From Kiritimatiellia bacterium (GTDB lineage Bacteria; Verrucomicrobiota; Kiritimatiellia; JAAZAB01), in contig JAQUQV010000001.1 in assembly GCA_028715905.1 (NCBI GenBank), positions 7,216 through 71,215 on the forward strand: a DNA stretch of 64,000 bases, read 5' to 3'. The notes under the pieces were generated by a model. It made no database searches. It was not told the origin of the DNA and was given only the letters and a program-made list of their open reading frames with translations. Of the stretch, positions 9,004 to 18,568 are shown piece by piece (positions within the stretch are counted from its first letter, which is position 1; every line of letters begins with the position of its first letter). Made by a program: the position numbers and the translations under genes.

Positions 9004-9134
9004 CCGCCAAAAGCGGCAACTGTATTTGATAAACGTAGGAGCCGCATCCCCATGCGGCGATTCCGGACGAACCGCATCCCCATGCGGCGATTCCAAACAC
9101 CAGATGCATCGCCGAACAGGGGTTCGGCTCCTAC
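9004..9134. repeat. REP/BIME-like cluster of GTAGGAGC-hairpin-GCGAT units
   Basis: GTAGGAGCCGCATCCCCATGCGGCGAT lies at 9035-9061. A partial tandem copy CCGCATCCCCATGCGGCGAT follows. An inverted unit ATCGCCGAACAGGGGTTCGGCTCCTAC lies at 9108-9134. The leader CCGCCAAAAGCGGCAACTGTATTTGA recurs at 58107. Confidence 0.75.
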
Positions 9135-9296
9135 CCACGATTTTGCGCTCTTTTGCGGCAAGTTTGAAATTTCTATGCATAGATTTAAAGATTATGTCCG
9201 CTTGACTTGCAAAACAGTTCCGCTAGCATGTCTTCATGCGCAGAAAACGCTCGCTCAACACAAAGGATAACCCGGAAATTTTAATTTTAACCAAAC

Positions 9297-10637
9297 ATGA
9301 AAATCACCATCGTCGGCACGGGCTATGTCGGACTGGTTACCGGAACCTGTTTCGCGGAAACGGGCATAGCGGTGGCCTGCGTTGACAAGGACCGCGCAAA
9401 AATTGAAAAACTAAAAAACGGCGCTGTGCCCATTTACGAACCCGGCCTGGACGACCTGATTAAACGCAACGTCGGCAAGGGCCGCCTTTCCTTTTCAACC
9501 AGCCTGCCGAAAAATATCGCCGGCAGCGAAGTGGTTTTCATCGCCGTCGGAACGCCGCCGGACGAGGACGGCAGCGCGGACCTTACGCACGTCATTGCTG
9601 TCGCCCGGGAAATCGGCGCGGTCATGACGCACTACCTGGTGGTGGTAACCAAAAGCACGGTGCCGGTCGGCACGGCCGGCAAGGTGAAAGCGGCCATTCA
9701 GGCGGAATTGCGGCGGCGCGGAATTTCCCTTGATTTTGACGTCGTCTCCAACCCTGAATTTCTCAAGGAAGGCAATGCGATTGAAGATTTTCTAAAGCCC
9801 GACCGGATTGTCATCGGCGTGGAATCGGAAAGGGGGGAAAAAATGATGCGCCGGCTTTACAAGCCTTTCCTGCTGAACAACCACCCGATCCTCTTCATGG
9901 ATATCGCCTCGGCGGAAATGACCAAGTACGTTGCCAACGCCATGCTGGCCGCCAAAATCAGTTTCATGAACGATATTGCCAACCTCTGTGAAATTGTCGG
10001 CGCCGACGCGGCCGCCGTGCGCCGCGGCATCGGCAGCGACCCGCGCATCGGCAACGCGTTCATTTATCCGGGCATGGGGTATGGCGGCTCATGTTTTCCA
10101 AAGGACGTCAAGGCCCTCATCAAGACGGCCGACCTGCATGATTATCCGCTCAAAATATTGAAGGCGGTGGAAAACGTCAATGTCCGCCAGAAGACGATCA
10201 TGTTCGCAAAAATTTCGCGCCATTTTGCGGACCGCTTGAAGGGCAAAACCTTCGCCCTCTGGGGATTGTCTTTCAAGCCGAACACCGATGACATGCGCGA
10301 AGCGCCAGCGCTGGCGCTGATTGAACAGCTTTTAAAGGCGGAAGCGCGGGTCAAGGCGTACGACCCGGCCGCCATGCGCGAGTGCCGGAGGATAATCGGC
10401 GGCGCCATTCGCTACGCCAAGAATCAATACGATGCTTTGCGCGGCGCCGACGCCCTGGTGATTGCAACGGAATGGAACGAATTCCGGGCGCCGAATTTCG
10501 GGCAGATGGGCAAACTTTTAAAAAACAAGGTCATCTTTGACGGACGGAACATATATGAGCCGGCGGAAATCAAAGAGGCCGGTTTTATTTACTACGGCAT
10601 CGGAAGAGGAAGCAACAACGGGAAACGGACGGCATGA
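9297..10637 (+). CDS. ugd: UDP-glucose 6-dehydrogenase
   Basis: 446 aa. It has the [19 protein letters not shown]-binding motif and the catalytic GGSCFPKD. Confidence 0.9.
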   Translation: MKITIVGTGYVGLVTGTCFAETGIAVACVDKDRAKIEKLKNGAVPIYEPGLDDLIKRNVGKGRLSFSTSLPKNIAGSEVVFIAVGTPPDEDGSADLTHVIAVAREIGAVMTHYLVVVTKSTVPVGTAGKVKAAIQAELRRRGISLDFDVVSNPEFLKEGNAIEDFLKPDRIVIGVESERGEKMMRRLYKPFLLNNHPILFMDIASAEMTKYVANAMLAAKISFMNDIANLCEIVGADAAAVRRGIGSDPRIGNAFIYPGMGYGGSCFPKDVKALIKTADLHDYPLKILKAVENVNVRQKTIMFAKISRHFADRLKGKTFALWGLSFKPNTDDMREAPALALIEQLLKAEARVKAYDPAAMRECRRIIGGAIRYAKNQYDALRGADALVIATEWNEFRAPNFGQMGKLLKNKVIFDGRNIYEPAEIKEAGFIYYGIGRGSNNGKRTA

Positions 10638-11614
10638 AAAAAATACTGATAACCGGCGGGGCCGGGTTTGTCGGCGCGCATCTCTGCGAGCGGCTCCTGA
10701 AGGAAAAAAACGAAGTGATCTGCCTGGATAATTTCCTGACGGGCGCGAAAGAAAACGTGGTGTCCCTGCTGGACAATCCCTATTTTGAGCTGGCGCGGCA
10801 CGACGTAACCATGCCATATTTCGCGGAAGTTGACGAAATCTACAATCTGGCCTGCCCGGCTTCCCCCGTGCATTACCAGCACAACGCCATCAAGACCACC
10901 AAGACATCCGTCCTGGGGGCCATCAACATGCTCGGCCTTGCCAAGCGAGTGAAAGCGAAAATACTTCAGGCCTCCACGAGCGAGGTCTACGGCGACCCCG
11001 AGGAACACCCCCAGCCGGAGCATTACTGGGGACACGTCAATCCCATCGGCGCGCGCTCGTGCTATGACGAGGGCAAACGCTGCGCCGAATCGCTCTTCAT
11101 CAATTATCACCTCCAAAACAAAGTCATTATCAAAATCGCGCGGATTTTCAACACATACGGCCCGAAAATGCATCCCAACGACGGGCGGGTGGTCTCCTCT
11201 TTTATCGTCCAGGCCCTGCGCGGGAAAAACCTGACCGTGTTCGGGAAGGGCACCCAGACGCGCAGTTTTCAATACGTTAACGATTTGATTGAGGGCTTAA
11301 TCCGCGCCATGAATTCGCGCGATAAATTCACCGGCCCGGTCAACATCGGCAACCCCTCGGAATTCACCATCCTGGAGCTGGCCGAAAAAATCATCAGGCT
11401 GACCGGCTCTAAATCAAAAATCGTTCATCGCCCCCTGCCCCCGGACGACCCTGTCCAGCGCCGGCCGGACATCGCCCTGGCGAAAAAGGAGCTCGGGGGC
11501 TGGGAACCGCGCGTTCCCCTGGAGGAAGGGTTAAAACTGACGATTGATTACTTCAGAAAAAAGATGAACAACAGCCGCATGCGCCGGCCGCCTTACGGCC
11601 TGACCAGCTCATAA
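10634..11614 (+). CDS. uxs: UDP-glucuronate decarboxylase (UXS-type SDR)
   Basis: 326 aa. It has [23 protein letters not shown] and [19 protein letters not shown], which I recall as close to eukaryotic/bacterial UXS. It overlaps ugd by 4 nt. Confidence 0.85.
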   Translation: MKKILITGGAGFVGAHLCERLLKEKNEVICLDNFLTGAKENVVSLLDNPYFELARHDVTMPYFAEVDEIYNLACPASPVHYQHNAIKTTKTSVLGAINMLGLAKRVKAKILQASTSEVYGDPEEHPQPEHYWGHVNPIGARSCYDEGKRCAESLFINYHLQNKVIIKIARIFNTYGPKMHPNDGRVVSSFIVQALRGKNLTVFGKGTQTRSFQYVNDLIEGLIRAMNSRDKFTGPVNIGNPSEFTILELAEKIIRLTGSKSKIVHRPLPPDDPVQRRPDIALAKKELGGWEPRVPLEEGLKLTIDYFRKKMNNSRMRRPPYGLTSS

Positions 11615-13299
11615 ATTATCGTATCCGGATCACGCGGCAGGGTTGTTTTCCGGAAAGGCAGATTTAACGGCAAAAACTTCTTTTGCAAATCCTGCGGTTC
11701 CACAACGGCAAAGACGCGGCCGCCGGAATTTTCCAGCAGCGCAAGCGCTTCGCCGGCATCCTTCAGGTCTTCCCCGCGTTCCGGTTCCATATCCATCCCG
11801 TGGAAAAGCTCATTCTTTTCCTGAAATGGAAGATAAAACCGGCCGGTGTAAAAAGGCAAGGCGGGCCGATACGACCAGAACACAATGATTTTATCGTCCG
11901 GTTTAAGCTCCCGCGCCAGGCTCTTATAAACAAAGGACGAATTGATGTGCAACAACACGTTAAAGTCCTTGCCCGCCAGCGGAGAAAGCAGCAAAGCGCA
12001 CGCCAGTAAAATCCCGGAATTGAAGAAAAACAAATCATTGAAGTCCGGATTTGCCCTGCGCCAATACGCAAACGCCAAAACCGCGGCGATTGGAATCAAG
12101 GCCGCCGCGCTCGCGCCGCTGATGGGATAAATCGTCCCGGGGGCAAGCCGGAAATAAGCCGCGATCCAGACCGCGATGATTACCGCGGCCATAATCATAC
12201 AGCCCGCCGCGCCGAATCGCCATAAACGCCCATCCCACGCCCCCTCCCGGCCCTCCCGCGGCTCGGCAACCCCCCAGCGCCCGATGAGCAAGCCCAGCGG
12301 CGGAATCGCCGGCAGAATATATGACATCAATTTGCCGGTGCCGGCGGAAAAAAAACAAATGACGACGGCCGCCCAGACAAATAAAAACCGCGAAAACGAA
12401 TCCCACCCGAACACCTTCCGCCGCCATATGGTCCGGCCAGCCCGGAACAGAAACAGGGTCCAGGGCAGAAGCAGAAGCGGAAGGACCAGGAGGAAAAACC
12501 AGAACGGCTCGGGGTGCAGCTGCATGGCGCGCGTCCCCTGAAAACGGGCGATATGTTCCTCAAAAATAAAATGGCGGATAAAGCCCGGATTGTGCCGCTC
12601 AATGAGCCACAGAACCGGCAAGACAAAAACCGCCAGCAAAACAGCGGCTGACAGCGCCGAAGGTTTAAATAAAAATTTCAGGCGTCTTTCCCATAAAAGC
12701 CAGAGAAAGACAATCCCCGCCGGCAGGACAACCGCCACCGCCCCCTTGGTCAGGAAGCCGAGCGCCGCCGCCACGGCAGCCAGCGTCAGATACTTATGAC
12801 CGCCCGCCGGCGATTGGCCGCCGTCAAAAGCAAGATAGAGGCAAACACACGCGGCGCTAAAAAAGAAAAGCAGAAATGAATCCGTCAAAAGCAAACCGTT
12901 CCCAGCGATAAATCCGATCAAGGAAGCCGTGATCAGCGCAGAGGCCAAGCCGGCGCGGCGGCCAAACCGCCTCACGGCAACCGCCGACAGCAAAACAAAA
13001 CAGCCGAATCCCGAAAACAACAAGGGGATACGGACAGCCCAGTCATGCGCGCCGAAAATTTTTATGGCCGGCGCGACGAGCCAGTAGGCAAGCGGCGGCT
13101 TTTCGTAATAACGGAAACCGAGCATGCGCATTTCCATCCAATTGCCCGTTGCCGCCATTTCCCGCGGAATCTCGGCGTAGCGCCCCTCGTCGGGATCGCT
13201 GAAACCGCGATAGAAAAGAATCAAGCCGTAGGCCGCCAACATCGCAACCACCGCCGCTGAAAATATAATATTATGTTTTTGCCAGCGCACCGTATTCAT
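11593..13299 (-). CDS. ArnT-like glycosyltransferase (GT39/GT83, PMT_2 type) polytopic membrane protein
   Basis: 568 aa with many TM segments. The N-terminal loop carries a DE motif ([16 protein letters not shown]). Confidence 0.7.
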   Translation of the reverse strand: MNTVRWQKHNIIFSAAVVAMLAAYGLILFYRGFSDPDEGRYAEIPREMAATGNWMEMRMLGFRYYEKPPLAYWLVAPAIKIFGAHDWAVRIPLLFSGFGCFVLLSAVAVRRFGRRAGLASALITASLIGFIAGNGLLLTDSFLLFFFSAACVCLYLAFDGGQSPAGGHKYLTLAAVAAALGFLTKGAVAVVLPAGIVFLWLLWERRLKFLFKPSALSAAVLLAVFVLPVLWLIERHNPGFIRHFIFEEHIARFQGTRAMQLHPEPFWFFLLVLPLLLLPWTLFLFRAGRTIWRRKVFGWDSFSRFLFVWAAVVICFFSAGTGKLMSYILPAIPPLGLLIGRWGVAEPREGREGAWDGRLWRFGAAGCMIMAAVIIAVWIAAYFRLAPGTIYPISGASAAALIPIAAVLAFAYWRRANPDFNDLFFFNSGILLACALLLSPLAGKDFNVLLHINSSFVYKSLARELKPDDKIIVFWSYRPALPFYTGRFYLPFQEKNELFHGMDMEPERGEDLKDAGEALALLENSGGRVFAVVEPQDLQKKFLPLNLPFRKTTLPRDPDTIIYELVRP

Positions 13300-13386
13300 C
13301 CCTGAAGAATTTGCAACATTACGGGCGGCCTGTCAATGTTTTGCGGAAAAACGCCAAAACACTTTCCGTTGACCGCCCGAAACACA

Positions 13387-14409
13387 TTATCCGGACTGCG
13401 CCCCCGGCAATCCGTCCACAGCGGCAAGGACATCCGCCATGCGGCGCATGTCCTGCAATTTCCGCCTGACCTCAATGCCGTTTGCGAACCCCCTGATGTA
13501 ACCCAGCAAATGCCCCCGGAAATGAAGCACGGCCTGCTGTTCCGCCCCAAGCCGCGTTTTGCGTCTTGTTTTCGGGGCCTTCCCCATGTGATTTATGAGC
13601 AGCCGGAGATGTTCTTCTATGATCGCTCTGTGTTCCGCCGGGGAATGAGGACGCCCGGGCAGGCCATGCAGACGCGACCATATTTCGCTGAAAATCCAGG
13701 GGTTGCCGATGGCGGCCTTGCCGATCATGACGCCATCCACGCCGGTCTCGGCAAACATTTTGGCCGCGTCATCGGCCGAATTTATTCCGCCGTTCCCAAT
13801 CACGGGAATGGAGCGCTCCTCTTTAATTTTTGCCAGAACCTGCCAATTTGCATGGCCGGCGTGGCGGGCGCTGGCATGGCGGGCGTGAAGCGTAAGAGCG
13901 GCCGCCCCGCCCTCTTCAATCGCGTGCGCAATTTCCGAAATATTCATGCGGCCGGGCAGTATATCCAGGCGGGTTTTGACGGTGAGCGGCAGGGAAATGA
14001 CCAGCCGGATTGCCCGCAGAATACGCGCAATTTTTTCAGGATGCTTCATCAGTGCCGCGCCGGCGCCCCGGGCCACAATTCTCGCCACCGGACAGCCGCA
14101 GTTCAAGTCAATCACCTGAAAGCGACCCGTCTTTTCAATGATCGCCGCGGCCTGGGCAAGCGAATCGGGGTTTGAACCGTAAATATGGGCGGCCACCGGC
14201 CGCTCGCCCGGCAAAGTGTCAAGAATATGCAGGGTCGTTTTCGTCCCGCGCGCAATCCCTTCCGCATTTGCAACCTCAGTAAAAACCATGCCGCAGCGGA
14301 ATTGCATGGCCAGCGACCGCATGACCGCGTCCGTGTAACCGGCCATGGGGGCCAGCATGACGGGAAAATCAATTTTCAGCCCGCCGATTATGAGAGGCTT
14401 GATATTCAT
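13387..14409 (-). CDS. dus: tRNA-dihydrouridine synthase
   Basis: The ORF runs 13387..14637. I moved the start to ATG 14409 (MNIKPLIIGGLKIDFPVMLAPMAGYTD). It also has DLNCGCP and a C-terminal helical domain. Confidence 0.85.
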   Translation of the reverse strand: MNIKPLIIGGLKIDFPVMLAPMAGYTDAVMRSLAMQFRCGMVFTEVANAEGIARGTKTTLHILDTLPGERPVAAHIYGSNPDSLAQAAAIIEKTGRFQVIDLNCGCPVARIVARGAGAALMKHPEKIARILRAIRLVISLPLTVKTRLDILPGRMNISEIAHAIEEGGAAALTLHARHASARHAGHANWQVLAKIKEERSIPVIGNGGINSADDAAKMFAETGVDGVMIGKAAIGNPWIFSEIWSRLHGLPGRPHSPAEHRAIIEEHLRLLINHMGKAPKTRRKTRLGAEQQAVLHFRGHLLGYIRGFANGIEVRRKLQDMRRMADVLAAVDGLPGAQSG

Positions 14410-14536
14410 TGATAAACGGCCTTGTATAGCACAGCGGGGCGGAAAATTCAACCGCGCGATTACCCGGAATGCGACCGCGCATTTCGGCGTCCGAAGCCGC
14501 CAAAACAAAATGTCGTCAACAGACGGGCGATATGTT

Positions 14537-16279
14537 ATGCTGGCCGGAAAAAAAATGAGCGCCGCACCCGAAAGCGAACAAAACCAAAAGCAGTCCGGCA
14601 TCTTCCGGCCGGGTCTGCTGGCCGCGTTGATTATCACCGTTTCCCTGGCCGGGATCGCCGATCATGATCTCTGGACGCCGGACGAACCGCGCGAGGCCGC
14701 CATTGCGCTGGAAATGAGCCGGGGCGGCGGCCTCATTGTTCCACGTCTGGCCGGCCAGCCGTTTGTTGAAAAGCCTCCTCTTTTTTACATCATTGCCTCG
14801 TTTTTTCTCGCAACGCTCGGAAATTTTACCGGCCAGACCGCCGCCCTGCGGCTGACATCGGCCTGCTGCGGGCTCGGCACATTGTTTTTCACCTATCTGA
14901 TCGGAAGAATTTATTTTGACCGTCAAAGGGCGCTGATCGCCGCGGCGATCCTCGGCACCATGATCGGTTTTGTCCAAGTAACCCACTGGCTCCTGGTGGA
15001 CAACGCCCTCGCGTTTTTCATCACCGCCGCCCTCTGGGCTCTGGCCCGGGCTTACGAACACAAACGTTACGGCTTTTTGCCGCTGGCCGGCCTGTTTGCC
15101 GCCGGCGCTTTCCTTGTGAAGGGATTTATCGGCCCCCTGATCATCTTCATCGCCGGACTGGGCTTGTTTGTTCCCTGGCTGAACAAGCCGAAAGGCCAGG
15201 CCGCAATCGGCAGGCTTATTTTCATCCATGCCGCCAGCCTGGCGACAGCCCTGTTGATATGCGCGGCATGGATCATTCCTTTTGCCATGCGGGGCGGATC
15301 GGAACTGTTCCGCGAGTGGTGGTGGCTCAACCATTTCGGCCGTTTTACCGGCGAGGCAAAGCACCTGGGCCACCTTTCCCTGTGGCCCTATTATTTTGCG
15401 GTTTTACCCGTCTATGTTCTGCCATGGCTTGGACTGTTTATTGCCGCGCTGATCATGCTGGCAAAAAAAATCCGGACCGGCGCCAGACCGGCGGGCGGCG
15501 GCCTGTTTGTATGGTGGGCGCTGGGCACGTTCCTGATCCTCTCCTTATCGGCGACCAAGCGCGAGATTTATCTCGTCGCCCTTCTGCCGGCCTGCGCTCT
15601 CCTGTGCGTCCACGGATTGCACATCTTTAACCTTGAAACTCCGGCGGCAAGAATCTGGAAAAAGTTCTGCTGGTTATGGCTTTCCCTGCTGCTTGTCATT
15701 CTGGCGGCATTAACCGCGGCGCCCCTGGCCGAAAACGTTTTTTTCAAAAACGCCCTGCCCCCGGGATGGCGCCAGTTCCTGGCGCCGGCAATTGTTATCG
15801 CGTCTCTACTGGCCATGTCCAGAACCAAAACCCCCCTCCTGCAGCGCTTTTTGACGGCCGTTCCGCTGTGTTACGCGGCCATATTGATTATGATTTGTCC
15901 GCTCGTGGACCGCCACAAAAGCTACGGCCCCGTTTTCCGGGCAACGGCGGATGCGATCCGCGCGCGGCCGGAACTCGCTATTGCCGGCTGGAAACTTGAC
16001 GAAACAACTGCGGCCGGTTTTTTTTATTACGCCGGCCTCGTATTTCCCGCCGTGTCGGACGAGGCGATGCTGGCGGATATCCTGGGCGGCCGCAACTCCC
16101 GTTTCAACGGCGTGCTCGCGTTGAAAAAAAATACTTCGCCAAAACACTTGCCAGAAAAAGAAAATACGGTTATTTTTGAGAGCCCCATGGGAAAAAGGCG
16201 ATTGTTGCGGGTGCTGGCGGCGCCGAACTGGCAAATAAAAAACAGACGGCGGCAAGCTCCCCGGAAACAAGATGGTTGA
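14537..16279 (+). CDS. ArnT-like glycosyltransferase (second paralogue)
   Basis: The ORF starts at 14345 but overlaps dus. A plausible start is ATG 14537, or 14555. It is a polytopic membrane protein with LWTPDEPREAAIALEM in the first loop. Confidence 0.65.
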   Translation: MLAGKKMSAAPESEQNQKQSGIFRPGLLAALIITVSLAGIADHDLWTPDEPREAAIALEMSRGGGLIVPRLAGQPFVEKPPLFYIIASFFLATLGNFTGQTAALRLTSACCGLGTLFFTYLIGRIYFDRQRALIAAAILGTMIGFVQVTHWLLVDNALAFFITAALWALARAYEHKRYGFLPLAGLFAAGAFLVKGFIGPLIIFIAGLGLFVPWLNKPKGQAAIGRLIFIHAASLATALLICAAWIIPFAMRGGSELFREWWWLNHFGRFTGEAKHLGHLSLWPYYFAVLPVYVLPWLGLFIAALIMLAKKIRTGARPAGGGLFVWWALGTFLILSLSATKREIYLVALLPACALLCVHGLHIFNLETPAARIWKKFCWLWLSLLLVILAALTAAPLAENVFFKNALPPGWRQFLAPAIVIASLLAMSRTKTPLLQRFLTAVPLCYAAILIMICPLVDRHKSYGPVFRATADAIRARPELAIAGWKLDETTAAGFFYYAGLVFPAVSDEAMLADILGGRNSRFNGVLALKKNTSPKHLPEKENTVIFESPMGKRRLLRVLAAPNWQIKNRRRQAPRKQDG

Positions 16280-16332
16280 AAAAAAAGAATTAAACCGTGA
16301 AAAAGCATAACAGGTTTACAGAATAGGGTATC

Positions 16333-17496
16333 ATGCGTCCTGATTTTTTGCCATTCTCAAAACCGACCATTGACGAAAAAGATATCTATGCCGTGGACGA
16401 AGTTTTGCGTTCCGGCTGGATCACCACCGGACAAAACTCCTCCAAATTTGAGGAGGAATTCTCAAATTACACCGGCGCGCCGGCTTCAATCGCCCTGGCT
16501 TCGGCGACCGGCGGCATGCACCTGGCCTTGAAAGCGCTGAATATCGGCCCCGGCGACGAGGTCATCACGCCCTCCCTGACATGGGTATCCACGGCCAACC
16601 TGATCGCGCTCAGCGGCGCCAGACCGGTATTCGTTGACGTTGACCGCGACACGTTGATGGCGCAACCGGAACTGGTTGATGAAGTTGTTACCGAACGCAC
16701 CAAACTGATTGCGCCCGTCCATTTCGCCGGCGCGCCGGTTGATCTTGATGCGTTCCGGCAGATTGCCCAAAAGCATAAAATCCCGCTGATTGAGGACGCG
16801 GCCCACGCCGTCGGAACCGAATATAAAAACCGGAAAATCGGCTCTTCCGGAACGGCCATATTCTCCTTCCATCCCATAAAAAACATCACCACCGGAGAGG
16901 GCGGCATGTTCTGCTCCGATGACGCCGTCCTGATTGAAAGAATCAGGCGCCTCAAATTCCACGGACTCGGGGTGGACGCTTTTGACCGGAAAATGCAGGG
17001 GCGTTCTCCCCAGGCCGAGGTGGTGGAACCGGGATACAAATACAATCTGACCGACATCGCCGCGGCCCTCGGCCGGACCCAATTGAAACGCCTGGATAAT
17101 TTCATTCAAAAGCGGTCGGAACTGGCGGGGATGTACAGGGAAAAGCTGAAAAACATTCCGGAACTGATCCCCTTGAAAGACCCGGCCTGGCCGATACGCC
17201 ACGCCTGGCACTTGTTTATCGTGCGCATGGATGTTGACCGCGCCCGGATCAGCCGCGATGATTTCATGGAGGCCTTGAAACGCTTGAACATCGGCACCGG
17301 CCTGCACTTCCGCGCCGTCCATCTTCAGAAATTTTACCGCGAGCATATGGGATTTGAACGCGGCATGCTACCGGCCACCGAGTGGAATTCGGACCGGATT
17401 CTTTCCTTGCCGCTTTTCCCCGACATGCACGCGGAAGACGTTGACGACGTAATCGGGGCGGCCAAGGAAGTGCTCGCGAAAAAAGCGGGAAGTTGA
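16333..17496 (+). CDS. arnB: UDP-4-amino-4-deoxy-L-arabinose--oxoglutarate aminotransferase-like (DegT/DnrJ/EryC1 family)
   Basis: 387 aa. FLPFSKP, GWITTG, VITPSLTWVSTANLI and FSFHPIKNIT (PLP lysine) run colinear with E. coli ArnB as I recall it. Confidence 0.8.
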   Translation: MRPDFLPFSKPTIDEKDIYAVDEVLRSGWITTGQNSSKFEEEFSNYTGAPASIALASATGGMHLALKALNIGPGDEVITPSLTWVSTANLIALSGARPVFVDVDRDTLMAQPELVDEVVTERTKLIAPVHFAGAPVDLDAFRQIAQKHKIPLIEDAAHAVGTEYKNRKIGSSGTAIFSFHPIKNITTGEGGMFCSDDAVLIERIRRLKFHGLGVDAFDRKMQGRSPQAEVVEPGYKYNLTDIAAALGRTQLKRLDNFIQKRSELAGMYREKLKNIPELIPLKDPAWPIRHAWHLFIVRMDVDRARISRDDFMEALKRLNIGTGLHFRAVHLQKFYREHMGFERGMLPATEWNSDRILSLPLFPDMHAEDVDDVIGAAKEVLAKKAGS

Positions 17497-17605
17497 AATT
17501 GGAAATTAGCAAACATAAAAACAGGATGATCCAAGGCGGCAAGGACGCCATCCGAAATTTACCGCTGAAAATTCTCCGTTAATATTGAAAATATCGCCTG
17601 AGTTT

Positions 17606-18568
17606 ATGACCGAATCTGCTCACACAATTTCCGTCGTTATTCCCGTTTACAACGAAGCGGAGAATCTGGACGCCCTGGTCGCGCGCACCCTGGCGGCCTG
17701 CCGCAGCCTGAATTCCCCCTTTGAAATCATTCTCGTGGATGACGGCAGCCGGGACGGGTCCGACACCGCCATCGCATCAATGGCAAAAAAACACACGGGC
17801 GAAATTATCGGAGTGCTGCTGAACCGCAACTACGGCCAACATGCTGCGGTCATGGCCGGGTTTTCCCAGGCCCGGGGGGAAATTATCGTTACCCTTGACG
17901 CCGACCTCCAGAACCCGCCCGAAGAAATCCCGCGCCTGGCAAACAAAATAAACGAGGGGTTTGACGTGGTCGGCTCCATCCGCACGCCGCGCCGCGACAG
18001 TTGGCTGCGCCGCTTGCCGTCAATGCTCGTAAACAAAATGACGGCCTCCGTGACGGGCATTGTCATGCACGATTACGGCTGCATGCTGCGCGCTTACCGG
18101 CGCCACGTGGTGCAGGCCATGCTCCAGTGCCAAGAACGGAGCACATTTATCCCGGTTCTGGCCAACAGCTTTGCCCGTAAAACGGCTGAAATTGAAGTCC
18201 GCCACACGCAGCGCCAGGCGGGCGGATCAAAATACAGCCTCTGGAAACTGATCAACCTGCAATTTGACCTGCTCACCAGCATAACCACAATCCCCCTGCG
18301 TTTTCTCAGCTTTGTCGGCGTAACCGTTGCCCTGATGGGCGTCGGGCTGGGAATCCTGATCCTGATCCTGCGTATTTTATGGGGGCCGGAATGGGCCGCC
18401 AGGGGAGTTTTTACTCTTTTTGCGATTCTCTTTATTTTCATCGGCGGACAATTTATCGCCATGGGTTTTCTGGGAGAATACATCGGACGCACTTACGTTG
18501 ATGTGCGCGCCAGGCCGCGCTATTTTGTGCAGTCGGTTGAAGGGAAAAGCAGGCTGGATAATGGATAA
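17606..18568 (+). CDS. arnC: undecaprenyl-phosphate aminoarabinose (Ara4FN) transferase-like GT2
   Basis: VVIPVYNE, LLNRNYGQHAAVMAGF, LDADLQNPPEEIPRL and DVRARPRYFVQSV closely resemble ArnC. The start is either TTG 17585 or ATG 17606. Confidence 0.8.
   Translation: MTESAHTISVVIPVYNEAENLDALVARTLAACRSLNSPFEIILVDDGSRDGSDTAIASMAKKHTGEIIGVLLNRNYGQHAAVMAGFSQARGEIIVTLDADLQNPPEEIPRLANKINEGFDVVGSIRTPRRDSWLRRLPSMLVNKMTASVTGIVMHDYGCMLRAYRRHVVQAMLQCQERSTFIPVLANSFARKTAEIEVRHTQRQAGGSKYSLWKLINLQFDLLTSITTIPLRFLSFVGVTVALMGVGLGILILILRILWGPEWAARGVFTLFAILFIFIGGQFIAMGFLGEYIGRTYVDVRARPRYFVQSVEGKSRLDNG

Noticed and set aside
8725-9180. 151-aa ORF (and 8783..9109, 8914..9270, 8921..9205, 8958..9161) across the REP cluster
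   Set aside because: The reading frames run straight through the hairpin repeat units, giving duplicated ESPHGDA / IAAWGCG peptides in several frames and on both strands. There is no RBS. Only the 8783-9003 part may be a gene remnant, reported separately with low confidence.
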